Shown here: piece by piece, positions 13,173 through 27,022 of the stretch
Layout of the letters: each line of letters starts with the position of its first letter
How positions within the stretch are numbered: the stretch's first letter is position 1
Assembly: GCA_964016885.1 (NCBI GenBank)
Contig: OZ024755.1
Span: 13,578,001 to 13,642,000 of the forward strand
Reading direction: 5' to 3'
From: Eledone cirrhosa
Taxonomy: Eukaryota
DNA: 64,000 nt
Made by a program: the position numbers and the translations under genes
Notes under the pieces: generated by a model
Databases searched by the model: none
What the model saw: only the letters and a program-made list of their open reading frames with translations
Told to the model about the DNA's origin: nothing

Positions 13173-14544
13173 TTGTCTGTCAGAACAGAACTGTCTACTT
13201 TACAAACTGAAAATTAGAGTCGGGTTCTAAGGCGAGATGTGTTGAACACTGTAATGCATTCTCTGGGAGTGGCAACCCCAAACATGTTGATAATCTCTGC
13301 GAAGTTAGATCTGAGTGTACTGATGCTAGAATTATTTTGACAACACAAATTGGAGAAGTACGAAGACAATAATTAGCACAAGTTTAGCGAAGCCCTTGTC
13401 TGGCAGTCAGAAGATAATGACTGGGAAAGATGATCGTTATAAATAGATGATGTAGATGTAATAATAGATTATGTGATGAAAAAGTCTTATAGATACACTA
13501 AGGTCCTTTATTATAAAATACTTCATCATATTTATTATTAGTTTTCATCGATCAAATTTTAGGACAAAGGATTAAATATTTCTAACTATGTTTGATTAAG
13601 CGTCTTTGTTGTATTATTTAGATGTATTGGGAAGGGTACATCCGACTTCGGATTGCGCACAAGACAAAAATAACACCTTAGATGAGTCTAAGAAGAAAAC
13701 AGTGATTTCATGATGTTTAATCAGGCATCAAAACTTGCAACTGGCTGAATCAATTCCTAGCACTTAACTCACTGGCCATTTACGTGTAAATAAGTATCAC
13801 AGTGTGGCACATATTATCAATGTAAGAAACAAATGTTGCGTTACCGTAAGCATGTATATTATTGTTAAACTTAGCAAGCTGAAGTGCAACTATCATCCTG
13901 TGTGCATATTTTGTGAAGAAAGGTTCTCTGTCACGCTGAACTTTATTTTATTTTAGATACACAAGAAAACAGACAAGCCTATTGGGCTGGAGACTACAAC
14001 GTGGTAGGCATATTCCTGAAATTCTTGTTATAATCTCAGAGAAAAAAGGGAAATCAATGATACGATGCACGTGATCAATCAATCAACCAGTCAGCCAACT
14101 GCCATGCCATTTATCACAAGTGATCATATACAGTTGCCTCTAAAACTCTGCATTGTACATGTTGCCTTCTCTGCCACTAACTAAGATGTTAACCTATCCA
14201 TTAGTTTTAATATTTGTCTGCCTCTGTCCCCTTTTCGTATTACCTTGCCTGTTGTTACCAGTTGTTCCAGGGACTCACTTCTCATTATATGCCCCATTAT
14301 TAAAAATGTGTTTGTTGTTTCTTGTTGCTGTTCAATCATTTTCTTCGTTATCAATCAATCATGTTCCAGGCCATTTAAACCAGGCAATCAATCATGTCGT
14401 CCTATCTCACAGTCTCTAACCGTCTGGCTTATGGTTGTTACTGTCTCTGCAGCTAGCCAAATTGTGTTAACCCTTCCATCCTTGATGACGATCGAGCTTC
14501 CCCTATGGCCCATGAGCTCCTCTGTCTGCGTAGCCACCTCTGCC

Positions 14545-15330
14545 AGGTGAGACTACTTCACTAGTTCCCTCTACCAGATGAAGCTCCTTTGCCGGATTAA
14601 GATCCGTTACCAGAAGAAGCTCCTCTTTCGAATGAGGCTCTTCTACCAGATACGGTTCCTCAAGCCAGATAAGGCTACTCTGTCGTATAAGGCTCTTCCT
14701 CCAGATGCCGCTTCCTAGCCGGATGAGGCTAATCTGTCTGCCAGATAAGGCTACTCTCTCATATCTAGCAGATGATAGGTCTTTTCTGCCAGATAAGGCT
14801 CTTTTGCTAGATACAGCTACTCTGCTACCTAAGGCTCTTCTGCCAGATGCGGCTTTTCTGCCAGATAAGGCACCTCTGCCATGTGAGACTCCTCTGCCAT
14901 GTGAGACTCTTCTACCAGATGAGGCTACTCTCCCATATCTAGCTGAAGATAAGGCTCTCCTGCTAGATACAGCTACTCTGTCAAATACAGCTCTCGGCTG
15001 TGTGAAGCTCCTCTGCCAGATAGGGCTCTTCTTTTAGATAAGACTACTCTACCAGATAAGGCTCTCTTGCTAGATACAGCTACTCTGCCAGATACGGCTC
15101 TTCTAGATATAGCTACTCTCCCATATCTGGCAGAAGAAAAGGCCCTTCTGCCAGATACGGCTACTCTACCAGATATGGCTCTTCTACCAGATACGGCTCT
15201 TCTGCTAGATAAGGCTACTCTACCAGATAAAGGCTACTCTACAAGATAAAGGCTACTTTACTAGATGAGGCTCTTCTGTCATGTGAGGTTCATGTATCGT
15301 GTGAAGCCTCTCTGCCAGATAAAGTTCCCC
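14545..15330. repeat. Degenerate 18-bp minisatellite (ctctgccagataaggcta)
   Basis: Dozens of diverged 18-mers; translates as LPDKAT/LPDTAL hexapeptides but is broken by frameshifts and stops. Confidence 0.8.
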
Positions 15331-16149
15331 TGTCGAATGTGTTTCCTCCACTGAAATCTCTAGCCACATGTTCTATTAATCTATAAATTGAGGTATAACC
15401 CTAACAAGGTGATGTAAAGCAACCCGGCGCTCTGACTGTGTATTTATTTGGAACAGTCATTAGTCATTTAAGCAATATTCACCCCCCCCCCCCCACGACC
15501 GTACACACCAAACACTAATGACTCATTTCATGATACAAAAATATTATTATAATAACAGATGAAGAATGTAACAACAAAAGAGATAATAACGTTGAATATA
15601 ATGATAATGATCAGAATCATGATAGTGACGAAGAAAGGATGATCATGATGATGAGGATAAGGATGGCGGTGGTGTTAGTGGCGGCGGTGGTGGTGGTATT
15701 TTGCTGATGTGATGTTTGTGTAGGCGGAGTAAGTTGGCGTTTATTATGATGATATCTATGACTATGATGGTGATGATGATATGGATATTGTTGATGATGA
15801 TGGTGACGACGATGGTGATGATGATGATGATTATGACGAGGATATTGACAACTACAACGATGATAGTGATGGTGCTGCCGGCGGTGGAGGTGGTGGTGGT
15901 GGCAGTAAGCACAATGAGGACGGCGATCTTGTTGATGACGATGATGGTTATGTTGATGACGATGAAATAATGATAATGCCAAAGATGATAACATTAATAA
16001 CGAGGAGGAGATGATGATGATGATCACGATAGAATCAATGATGGTGGTGGCGGTGGTGGTAAGCACGGCGTGGATGATTATGATAGTTATGATGATGATG
16101 AGGATAAGTGGTGATGGTGGCGACGACGGTAGTATTAATGATGATGATG

Positions 16150-17330
16150 TGGGTGATAGTACTGATTATGATGATGGTGGTGGTGTTAGTACTGATGATG
16201 ATGGTGATAGTACTGATGATGAGGGTGATAGTACTGATGATGGTGGTGGTGGTGGTGTTGTTAGTACTGATGATGAGGGTGATAGTACCGATGATGGTGG
16301 TGGTGGTGGCGGTGGTGGTGGTGTTGTTAGTACTGATGATGAGGGTGATAGTACTGATGATGAGGGTGATAGTACTGATGATGAGGGTGATAGTACTGAT
16401 GATGAGAGTGATAGTACTGATGATGAGGGTGATAGTACTGATGATGAGGGTGATAGTACTGATGATGAGGGTGATAGTACTGATGATGAGGGTGATAGTA
16501 CTGATGATGAGGGTGATAGTACTGATGATGAGGGTGATAGTACTGATGATGAGAGTGATAGTACTGATGATGAGGGTGATAGTACTGATGATGAGGGTGA
16601 TAGTACTGATGATGAGGGTGATAGTACTGATGATGAGGGTGATAGTACTGATGATGAGGGTGATAGTACTGATGATGAGGGTGATAGTACTGATGATGAG
16701 GGTGATAGTACTGATGATGGTGGTGGTGGTGGTGTTAGTACTGATGATGAGGGTGATAGTACTGATGATGAGAGTGATAGTACTGATGATGAGGGTGATA
16801 GTACTGATGATGGGGGTGATAGTACTGATGATGAGGGTGATAGTACTGATGATGAGGGTGATAGTACTGATGATGAGGGTGATAGTACTGATGATGGTGG
16901 TGGTGGTGGTGTTAGTACTGATGATGAGGGTGATAGTACTGATGATGAGAGTGATAGTACTGATGATGAGGGTGATAGTACTGATGATGAGGGTGATAGT
17001 ACTGATGATGAAGGTGATAGTACTGATGATGAGGGTGATAGTACTGATGATGAGGGTGATAGTACTGATGATGAGGGTGGTGGTGGTGTTAGTACTGATG
17101 ATGAGGGTGATAGTACTGATGATGAGAGTGATAGTACTGATGATGAGGGTGATAGTACTGATGATGAGAGTGATAGTACTAATGATGAGGGTGATAGTAC
17201 TGATGATGAGGGTGATAGTACTGATGATGAGAGTGATAGTACTGATGATGAGGGTGATAGTACTGATGATGAGAGTGATAGTACTGATGATGAGGGTGAT
17301 AGTACTGATGATGATGGTGATAGTGATGTT
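16150..17330. repeat. Homogeneous 21-bp minisatellite (gatagtactgatgatgagggt) within a (GAT/GGT)n region
   Basis: About 50 near-perfect copies; several reading frames are open simply because the unit has no stop codon in them. Confidence 0.95.
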
Positions 17331-17482
17331 GGTGATAGTGACTATGTTTTCTGCTACAACCACTGGCTGCTGTCACTGTTGACAATGATATGAGAATGGT
17401 GACGACTTCAACTAACATAACGACGTGGACAAGCCGAGCAAATGGGTGGCGGAGGGAGGAAGCAACAAAAGCAGCAGCAGCA

Positions 17483-17890
17483 GTCCTAACAGCATCATCA
17501 TCATCAGCAGTCCTAACAGAAGCAGTAGCAAATCATCATCATCATCATCATCATCAGTCCTAACAGAAGCAGTAGCAAAGCATCATCATCATCATCATCA
17601 TCAGTCCTAACAGAAGCAGTAGCAAAGCATCATCATCATCATCATCAGTCCTAACAGAAGCAGTAGCAAAGCATCATCATCATCAGTCCTAACAGAAGCA
17701 GTAGCAAATCATCATCATCATGAGTCCTAACAGAAGCAGTAGCAAATCATCATCATCATCATCATCAGTCCTAACAGAAGCAGTAGCAAATCATCATCAT
17801 CATCATCATCATCAGCAGTCCTAACAGAAACAGTAGCAAAGCATCATCATCATCAGCAGTCCTAACAGAAGCAGTAGCAGTAGCAAAGCA
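17483..17890. repeat. Compound repeat cagtcctaacagaagcagtagcaaa(g)(cat)n
   Basis: About 10 copies with a variable (CAT)n length. Confidence 0.9.
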
Positions 17891-17891
17891 T

Positions 17892-17922
<31 letters not shown>

Positions 17923-19399
17923 ATCAACAGCACCAGCAGTAGCACTATTAGCAGTAGCTGTAGGATCATTATCATCATCACCAGCAACAGTTGTAATAGT
18001 AGTAGTAGTAGTAGTGGTGGTGGCGGTGATAGTGATAGTGGTAATAGTAGTAGTAGTAGTAGGAAGAGGTGTTAGCAGCGAGGTGGGGTTGTGTGTAAAG
18101 AAGGAGGTAGGGCTTAGCTAGTTATTAAGAGAAGACAACTGTTGTCTGTCTCTGTTTCTACGATGACGTTGATGTGTCAACCAGAAAGTGTCCCCTCTGG
18201 GTTAAAGGAGGAGGGGTGAGAGGAAGAGAGATAAGGAGAGGAAGAAGAGAGAAAGGAAGAGGGAAAGGAGGAGAAAATGAAATACACACACACACAAACA
18301 CACACAAACACACACACACAAACACACACACACAAACAAACACACACGAACACACACGAACACACACAAACACACACACACAAACACACACACACACAAA
18401 CACACACACAAACAAATAAACCAACAGAACGTTAACACAACAACCCAGGTAGGCGGTTTTTCCCTCTACTAAACCTGTTACAATCTAACTCGAATTGGTT
18501 GCTATGACAACTGGATTGTATGCAGAAGAGTTTCCAAAATTCTCACCTAATACACAATATTTCTCTCTCTCTCTGTTACTGTTTCATTCACATTCTTTTT
18601 GTCCCTCTCTCTGTCTGTAGCTATCTGTCTCTCAGTCATTTTCTCACGCGCACACGATTTAAACTGTTTGCGAATACATACAATACATACATGTGGTGTG
18701 TGTGTATGTGTGTGTGCGCGACACTAGATGCATATGTAAACATATATATATATATATACATATATATATCCATATAATATCAATATATATGTATGCATGC
18801 ATGCACATTATATATATATATATATATACACACACAGATGCATATGTATATGTGGATGAGTCAGAATGGTCTTAGCAGTCAGTGATGGCGAGCGAGAGAG
18901 GGAGAGAGAGATAGAGATAGAGAGTGTGTGTGTGTGTGTGCAGGATGTCCGTCGATGGAAACCCGAAGAAAAAATGGTCAATCTAGTATAAGATAGCTTA
19001 TTTTGTTTATATTAAAGTTCATACAACTAACAAATATGCACAACCTTAGATTTCTGGGTCCAGTTATGGCCACCACTGTAGAGTAGAGTAACAGTTCTAA
19101 AACTGGCTTCTCTCACCGTGCACGACTTGAGGAAGTGGGGAGGGGGTCTGCATTCATTCAGATCGGATACGAAATCTGGATAAAGTCACCCAATGCATGC
19201 TGCATGTTATAATGGTGTAGGCGAACAACGATTACGGGTGGGTTGGAAAGGCAAGGGATTTTATGTTTCCTATCTACAAAGTGCCTGAAAAATTGATAGT
19301 AGGAGAAAGGTCAAGAGAATCTGTAGAGTGAGGTAAAACTTGATACCCAAATTCTTCAGTTTTGTTTGCACTAATTTTGCCATATGTAAACGAGAACTG

Positions 19400-19717
19400 G
19401 GTCGGACACCATGCTTTGACGCATAGAGTTACGACCCTTGCCATTCTGAGTTCAAATCCCGCCGAGGTTAACTTTGCCTTTCATCCTTACGTGGTCGATA
19501 AAATAAAGTACCAGTAATGCACTGGAAATTGCTGGCCTTGTGCCAAAAGTAGAAACAATTATCATAAATTCAAATTTCTCCAAGATCATTTTTGTCTTTC
19601 ATCATTCCAAGGTCGATAAAATAAAGGACAAATCAAGTATTGGTGTCGATATAATATACCTTCCCTTTCCCGCCAAAACAATTGCTGAGCTTGAGCCAAA
19701 AGTAGAAACCATTATTA
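19400..19717 (+). mobile_element. Two tandem SINE copies (one young, one older)
   Basis: gtcggacaccatgcttt...ttctgagttcaaatcccgccgaggttaactttgcc...agtagaaac, followed by a diverged second copy. Confidence 0.85.
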
Positions 19718-19739
19718 TAAAGAAGAATTGACGCTATGA

Positions 19740-20330
19740 CTGCTTTTGGTGCAACTATCTGTACAATATTTAAAGTCGGAACCATTTCAAGAAACTGTAG
19801 TTGGCTATTCTATCAACATTCCACCTTACTGTCCACACGATTTGGGAAATGTTAGGTTCTTGTCAAGTCAATGGGTAGATCTCTTCGTGTTATAGAATAT
19901 CTATTTGTCAACACATTTTTTCACCTTTTTCAAGGCATTTAAAGAATGGATTATTTTCATGCGTTAGTAAAACAGAGCACGGGATGTCATTTTCCCCGTC
20001 TCTCTGATAAATGTAAAACACATTTATTTTTCTTTGCAATTGCACTAAAATGTTTAGAAATGGTTGATTTAAATTTTCCAATATTGTGTGCCTGTTTAAG
20101 GACTAATGTCTATGTGGCTTAAAATCGTCAAGACTTTCGTCACCTTGCCAAAACCCTTCGAACCACCTCTGTATTAAGTAAACGCCGACAAAATCTTTGC
20201 CGAATGCGTTATTGATGTTTGCTATAGTTTCAAAAGCTGGTTTTTTCAGGTTCTAATCAAAGAAAACATCACACATAATTTGTTTTTATCAATGCTGTTC
20301 TAGCGTTTTATCGATTGAAAACTTACGAAA
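19740..20330 (-). mobile_element. Highly decayed mariner transposase relic
   Basis: Minus strand AFETIANINNAFGKDFVGVYLIQRWFEGFWQGDESLDD resembles the Mos1/Hsmar N-terminal HTH (NINxAFG...QRWFxxFxxGDESLED). Confidence 0.6.
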
Positions 20331-20479
20331 TCAAATCTTGAATGATAGCTAACGAATGTGTGCTCCAACAAAAAAAGTTCATAGTATGGTGACATTGCAT
20401 TAATTTATTTTTATTTTGTTGAAAATTAACATCCTGTGAAAAAAGTGTAAAAATTTATGGGATAACCTAATGTAAAAAT

Positions 20480-21110
20480 GTATGGTGGAAGACAGGAGAG
20501 CCTCATTACCAAGCTGAATATCTACTAAGCAGTGGTGTTCTCCACGTTCCTCTACACCCGCAAGACCTAGATTGTCTACAGTAAATAAACAGCTCAACAA
20601 TTTCCTCTTGAGCTGCCTCCACTGACTTCACTTTCGACAACAGGACAAAGTCCCAAACTCAGACGTCCTGAAATGGGCTTGCACTCACTGTCCACACCCT
20701 CCTACAGAAGACCCAACTCAGATGGACGGATCATGTTGTCAGGATGTTTAACAGCAGTCTAGCAAAATTGCTATTTTATGGAGAGCTTAGCCAGGGTAAG
20801 CTCTTAGTCAGTAGACACAAGAAACATTTCAATGACAGTCTAAAAGTGGCCCTCAAAAACCTCAACATCAATCTTAATACCTAGGAATTGCCTGCTCTAG
20901 ATCACCCAACCTGGCGAAGCAAAATCTTTGAGGGCGCATGGGCAGCAAAACCAGACGAATCTCAGAGTTTTAAGGGAAGAGTGCCGTGCGCAATGCACAA
21001 CGACCCACATCCACTGCAGCACTTACCTATATGTGCCCTACATGGGGGGGGGGGGGGGGGTTATATTCCGGTATGGATTTGCATCACCAATCACATCCAT
21101 CCCCACTTCC
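20480..21110 (+). mobile_element. Decayed 3' end of an RTE-clade LINE
   Basis: TKLNIY*AVVFSTFLY...QLRWTDHVVRMFNSSLAKLLFYGELSQG...HKKHFNDSLKVALKNLNINLNT*E..ALDHPTWRSKIFEGA. Confidence 0.85.
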
Positions 21111-22681
21111 AAAAGACAAACAAAAAACACACACAGGCACACACACACATTGATTACATAACGTACACTGCGGAAAGCTCCCATCTTTGGGGAGATAACC
21201 GTTTTGGACTTTTGCGATGGTATCGCCCTCTCTAGCAATGCGGAGCAATTTTGCTGATACTTGAGAATGTTCGGGGGAATTATTTTGGGGACAACCACAC
21301 TGTAAAACATGTCTTTATGCCGTCATCCCTGCAATTCCCACTAGAAACACCAGAAATCGAGTGCAGTTTTAAATATTCTAATCATGCATCAACTCAACAA
21401 TAACAATTCTTTTTGTGAAGTTAGACTAAACCACAAGATCAGATTGTTGCTTTGTTATTGAAATATGGGAATACAAGCAGACTTCGTTTAAATTCGCCTA
21501 CAAATTCCAATCATTCGAAAAATATTCAAGTTTTGGTATAGATTTTCCTTTGTTTTACGCTCCTGTGTTTTCGTTTCTCATGTATCATGTATAAAACAAT
21601 ATTGTGCAACTTTGTGTTGGTTCTGGATTGCAATAATGCTGTTGCATATTTATTTTGTTGTACCCACACGGATACTAGAAATTTGGTTACATTAAGCCCC
21701 CGGGAATATTCTGCACAGGATGACCTGCGTGTTACCAGTGCATATTTCAACTGGGAAGCAGCAACATCACATCAGCTCACTAATACTGGCCAACGATAGA
21801 AGTATATAGACCACTCTCAGAAATAATCGTAACCCTAGCATTCATGTAATACTATCCGATGCTCTAACGCAGTCATGGTCAAACTGCAGCCTGTTTGGCT
21901 TTCAGAATGGTGATAGATTGACAGAGTCGTTGGAGCGTCGGTCGGACGTAATATTTTGCAGTACTTTTTCTTGCTGTTTGCGATCTGAGTTCAAACCCCT
22001 CTGTCGCCTATTTCGCTGGTAGAGTTAACCCGCCATTTGCATTCAGAATGTAAAGAGCCGGAAGAAATAACACAACTCATGCGTATCAGGAATCCTTCAC
22101 AACCGCACAAGTCCACTGCCTTAAACTGAAACTTTATCGAGCACGGAGTCCATTCTATTACAATCATTCAAGCCAGTTTCTAGATACAAACCTTGCTCTT
22201 CCCAATCCTCCTTCCCTCTCTCATTACTATTCTTGGAGCCTTAAAAAAGTGTCATGGGTACTACACTGTCATTCTCTTCTTGACTAAACATTAAAACAAC
22301 AGAAAAGTATTCTGTGCTGTTAAATATCTATTTATTACCATTAGTAACAACAATGAAACGAAGAGGTTTCTTCCGTATTCACTTAGTCGTATTGAACATA
22401 TGACAAATTATCTGTGGACATTGATTGTACAAAACGATTCTGAGATACATTTTACGTTGACATTAAAAGGTTTTTCCATTTAATTACCACCACCGAACCA
22501 TCAATGTTTTACCGAACCACTTAGAACTTCGAGAGATGTTTTTCAAAATATAAAAATCAATTCTCAACAACTATTTACTAACTTTCATAACAAAATCTAA
22601 AACAAAAATCACCGAATATCCTTCCTTTTTCTCCTTTTTAAAATCATTACCATCATATTATTACCATTATAGTAGTAGTAG

Positions 22682-23290
22682 GGCAGAGGATTGAGAGTAT
22701 CGGTAGAGTGTCAGACATCATGCTTTGTAGCATAGAATTATGGCTCTTTACATTCTGAGTTCAAATCCCGCCGTGGTTACTTTTGTCTTTCATCCTCACG
22801 GGGTCGATAAAATAAAGTATCAGTGAACACACTGAGGTCGATATAATCGACTTTCCCCTCCCCCAAAATTGTTGGCCTTGTGTCTAAATCTGAAACCATT
22901 ATTACTGGCAGTAGCGGTAGAGAGTCGGACGCCATGATTTGCAGCAAAGAGTTATGGTCTGATTTCAAATCACGCCGAGGTTAACTTTGCCTTTCATCCT
23001 TACGGGGTCGATAAAATAAAGTACCAGTAATACACTGGGATAATTGCTGGCCTTGTGCCAAATGTAGAAACAGTTATTACTATGGCAGTATCAGTAGAGC
23101 ATCGGACAAAATGCTTTGCGGCATTAAGTTACTGTCCTTTACGTTCTGAATACATATCTTGCCATGGGTAGCTTTGCCTTTCCTCCTTACGGGGGTCGAT
23201 AAAATAAAGTAGTAGTAACGTAAAGGGGACAATTTAAACAACTTTCCCTTTCCTTACAAATTGCTGGCTTTGTGCCTAAATGAGAAACCA
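22682..23290 (+). mobile_element. Head-to-tail cluster of three SINE copies
   Basis: Three successive ggcag..gtagag..tcggac..atgcttt...tttgcctttcatcc..gggtcgataaaataaagta...gaaac units. Confidence 0.85.
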
Positions 23291-23639
23291 TTAGTATTGT
23301 TGTTAATGTTGATATTACTGTTATTATCTGCTCTGTCAGTGTCCAACTATACATTTTTATGTATTGACTAGTAGTGGAATGGATGAATGGAACGCAACGT
23401 ATGGATTGGATGCATAGCAAATAACACTGTGTGTGTACGTGTGAGTGTGCGTGCATGTGTGTCCTTGCGTGAAGGTGAAGTTGGTGTATACATGTGTATG
23501 CTGATAATACAGATTATAAGAAACATGGTGAGGGCATATGACTATTTCTGAACAGCAGAAACTGTTTGGCCTGTTTGAGTATTATTTGCATTCCCAATGT
23601 CAATGTATATATATATGTATTGGCTTTCTATTTCTCTAG

Positions 23640-23703
23640 TAATCTGCTCCAGCTGTTGCAACGAACGGATAACAAGGGAAAGATCTTGCAGCTGGTGTCA
23701 TAT
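23640..23703 (+). other. Candidate internal exon (unverified)
   Basis: Acceptor ggctttctatttctctAG, donor tat|GTAAGA, open frame [21 protein letters not shown]; no homology recognised. Confidence 0.2.
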
Positions 23704-23832
23704 GTAAGATGACAGGGCAGGAACAACGTGTAGGAATTTTACACAGTTCTGTCCTGCTTTCTCCAATCTTTTTGTTTTTCTATTTATTTCTCAATATCTA
23801 CATGTATGAGAATGTATTTCTCATTTGCGCGC

Positions 23833-23895
<63 letters not shown>

Positions 23896-23901
23896 TTTAT
23901 A

Positions 23902-23940
<39 letters not shown>

Positions 23941-23958
23941 CACACACACACATTTATA

Positions 23959-24003
<45 letters not shown>

Positions 24004-24162
24004 CATACACACAGTCTATATAAACACACGCGTATTACGCACACATATCTAAAAGAATATACATATATGTGTGTGGGTGCTTTGAGCTTTTTTTCAGTTA
24101 ATCTTTGTCTATCTATGACTGTACATAAAACTGTATATGTGTGAGTGAGTGTGTGTGTGAGA

Positions 24163-24196
<34 letters not shown>

Positions 24197-24273
24197 GTAC
24201 ACGCATATATATACATAATATCACTGTTTTATATTTGCTTTACCGTGCTGTCATTGGTTGGTGTATACATGTG

Positions 24274-24348
<75 letters not shown>

Positions 24349-25734
24349 TATCTTTGTGCACACAGAGACACATTCACACACACATAAACATACACCAAAA
24401 TCATAGGTGTATATATTTTCCTGTTTCAATGTTTTTGTTCCGTCAATACGAATTTCGTGACAGTTGTTCATCATAAAAAAGCAATACCCAGTATGATATA
24501 TTATTATTATTATTATTATTATTTTTATTATATCTTCTAAGCTTTGTGTTGTTGTTGCTTTTTTTTTTCTATTTGCAACACTGACGTCTGCTTTTGATGC
24601 TTTCTTTTGACGATGTGACTTTTAATTTTGTTGAGTGATTCGGTGTTCACATCCATTGGTTCCCAGACGTAACTCATGTTGAACTCACGCTGGAGAGATT
24701 GCTTTTCTTGAAAAATATTTACCGATACATTTACTTAAGTTTTTGTTGTTGTCGATATTGTTGATGTTATTGTTGTCGTTATTGTTTTTATTTTGTTCTT
24801 TTATCCAATCTATATATTACTCACGAATAATACGATAGAGTAAATGTGTAGGATTTAGTTAAAACTTACATCTTGCTGATCTTCACATTGAGAATGCTGA
24901 GGCGGCTCCTGAACTAACTTTCCTAGTTCAATTTTCTTTTCTTTTAATTAAAATATTCTAAACAGATTTTTTTTAGGATCTTGTTTTACAAGAAATCGAA
25001 TTGACAACACGATAACAGTATATATTTCATGCATCTTTCTCAGATACGTGTCGCTAATCATTAATAGTAGTTTATATAGAGTAATGTAAAATATATATAG
25101 CTAAAATAATTCTTTAATATGTATATAAATTAGTGTTTTTATGTTTAATAGAGTAGCGTAATGTTTGAGTGTCAGATATAAAAGTTGTTTTGTGTACTAT
25201 ATTGCAGCCTAAGGTGTATGTATCTAACATACTAGTTTTGTATTTTAGGGAGTGTTTAGTATAATAGTTTCAGTAATATATAAAGAAGTATATATGTCGT
25301 ATATACTTGTTTTATATAATATGTATGTCTAATGTAGTAGCTGTTTTGTATAGTAGAGTAGTAGAAGGTGCATATGTGTAATGTATGAGTTGTTTTATAT
25401 ATCCCATAGAGCAATAGTATAAAGGGAATACGCGCTGTATGGTAGTTTTGTGTATTCTATAGAGTAACATAATATTTATGTGTAAGTAGTAGTATGTTTT
25501 GTGTAATATATATGTATAGTGCAAGGTGTCTGATATAGCAGTAGCTTTATTTTTTGCAATTTACAGATTAGTGTAGGATATGTTTAACATAGCTCTTCTG
25601 TGCAATATACAGATTATTAAAAGATAATTGTATCTAATATATAAGATGCTTTGTGTATTATATAGACTAGTGCTAAGGGTGTATGTTAAATAAAAGAAGG
25701 GCCTTTGTTGTGGAGTGATACCGCCCCAGATAAA

Positions 25735-26120
25735 AAGAAATTGACGGAACTTATACAAGAATGCTTCAAGCTGTTCTGGACATCTGGAGACAACCTACTT
25801 CTCCATGGCAATTTACCACCAATATCATCCGTCATCAGAGAAAGAAGATTCGCTGCACATCTCTAGAGAGCAAAGAATAAGATCAGCAGCGCTGTTGTTC
25901 TTTGGGAACCGAAGCATGGATACGCAAATGTTGGTAGAGCACATTGAACCTATATGAAACAACTGCGAAGATTCTGAGTGCACACAAGAAGACCTCCCAC
26001 AAGCAATGGCAGAACAGACAGACAGGAGAAAACGAGTCATGGCGATCCACGTAATAAGCACGCCCGGATGATGATGCTAATGATGCCGATGACGATGATG
26101 CTGCTGTTGATGCTGATGTT
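25735..26120 (+). mobile_element. Decayed 3' end of an RTE-like LINE with a (GAT)n tail
   Basis: EIDGTYTRMLQAVLDIWRQ...LHGNLPPISSVIRERR...VLWEPKHG...TYMKQL...DLPQAMAEQTDRRKRV, then gatgatgatgct. Confidence 0.8.
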
Positions 26121-26836
26121 TCTTTATCGTTTTTTTTTAACGATTTAGTGAGAAGAGCGAAGCTTATACACAACCCTTTTCTAAGGCCTCGTCTCTTATG
26201 GAAGAAAGAGAATGTTATCTCCAGATTTGAGACCTGACTCGAATATTTCAGCAGAGTAGAATCCACTGAAGGCGCCTAAGAGTTAAATGGTCGTGTTTAA
26301 CTTACCACATGCGTTTAAACTATGGTGGAAAATATACAATTAACCCTGAGTTTCTATCTCTAAAGCATATATGAAAGGAATAAAATGACAGGTTGTAACA
26401 GCAAGCCGATTATTTTCATTTCTATATTTTAAATTTCGCTGTAAATTATCAACTAATCTTGTAAATGCAAAATATAGGAATAATTTCATAGAAAAGGCTT
26501 CGTGGAATCTAGCGAAATGTTTTGAATTTAAAACATATCTATGTTTTAAGTTCAAGGATATACAAACAACATTTCATTTGAATTTTATATTTTATGCTGG
26601 CAAAATAAAAACAAAACGGCAACACGAAAACCAATGCATGGTTGAAAGTATCTAAATGACATTTGATGACATGAACACACACAGAAAATTGAGAGAGAAA
26701 ATCAGTTGGAAGATGATAGAGCATTTATAAGCTCACAGTAGTGTGACGAAAAATAATGCACAAAATGATAGTTTACTTTACTGATAACTAACAAAAACAT
26801 AGCGGATACAACTAGTGCATGTTATTTTAATTTGCA

Positions 26837-27022
26837 GGTGGATTGGCAGTATCGGTAGAGGGTCGGACGCCATGCTTTGCAGCATAGAGTGACGACCCTT
26901 GCCATTTTGAGTTCAAATCCCGGCGAGGTTAACTTTGCTTGTCATCCTTACGGGGTCGATAAAATAAAGTACCAGTAATGCACTGCGATAATTGCTGGCC
27001 TTGTGCCAAAAGTAGAAACAGT
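26837..27022 (+). mobile_element. Full-length young SINE
   Basis: ggtggattggcagtatcggtagagggtcggac...gagttcaaatccc...agtagaaacag; closely matches 50581-50762. Confidence 0.9.

Noticed and set aside
13957-14003. Possible small + strand exon (ttttattttAG...gtg|GTAGGC)
   Set aside because: All three frames are open, no homology was recognised, and such sites arise by chance in AT-rich DNA.
16150-17330. Dozens of CTGATGA matches to the hammerhead core
   Set aside because: They are part of the minisatellite unit, with no GAAA, stems or cleavage triplet.
17483-17890. CRISPR-like look (constant ~25-bp unit with variable spacers), also at 34371-35060
   Set aside because: The spacers are just variable-length (CAT)n or (TA)n; the context is eukaryotic and there are no cas genes.
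18940-19330. Possible piggyBac transposase relic (FIQIGYEIWI)
   Set aside because: The similarity is too short and weak to support.
24537-24915. Possible - strand exons (EPPQHSQCEDQQD|gtaagt and ...MSYVWEPMDVNTESLNK...)
   Set aside because: Acceptors are weak and frames inconsistent; no gene can be supported.
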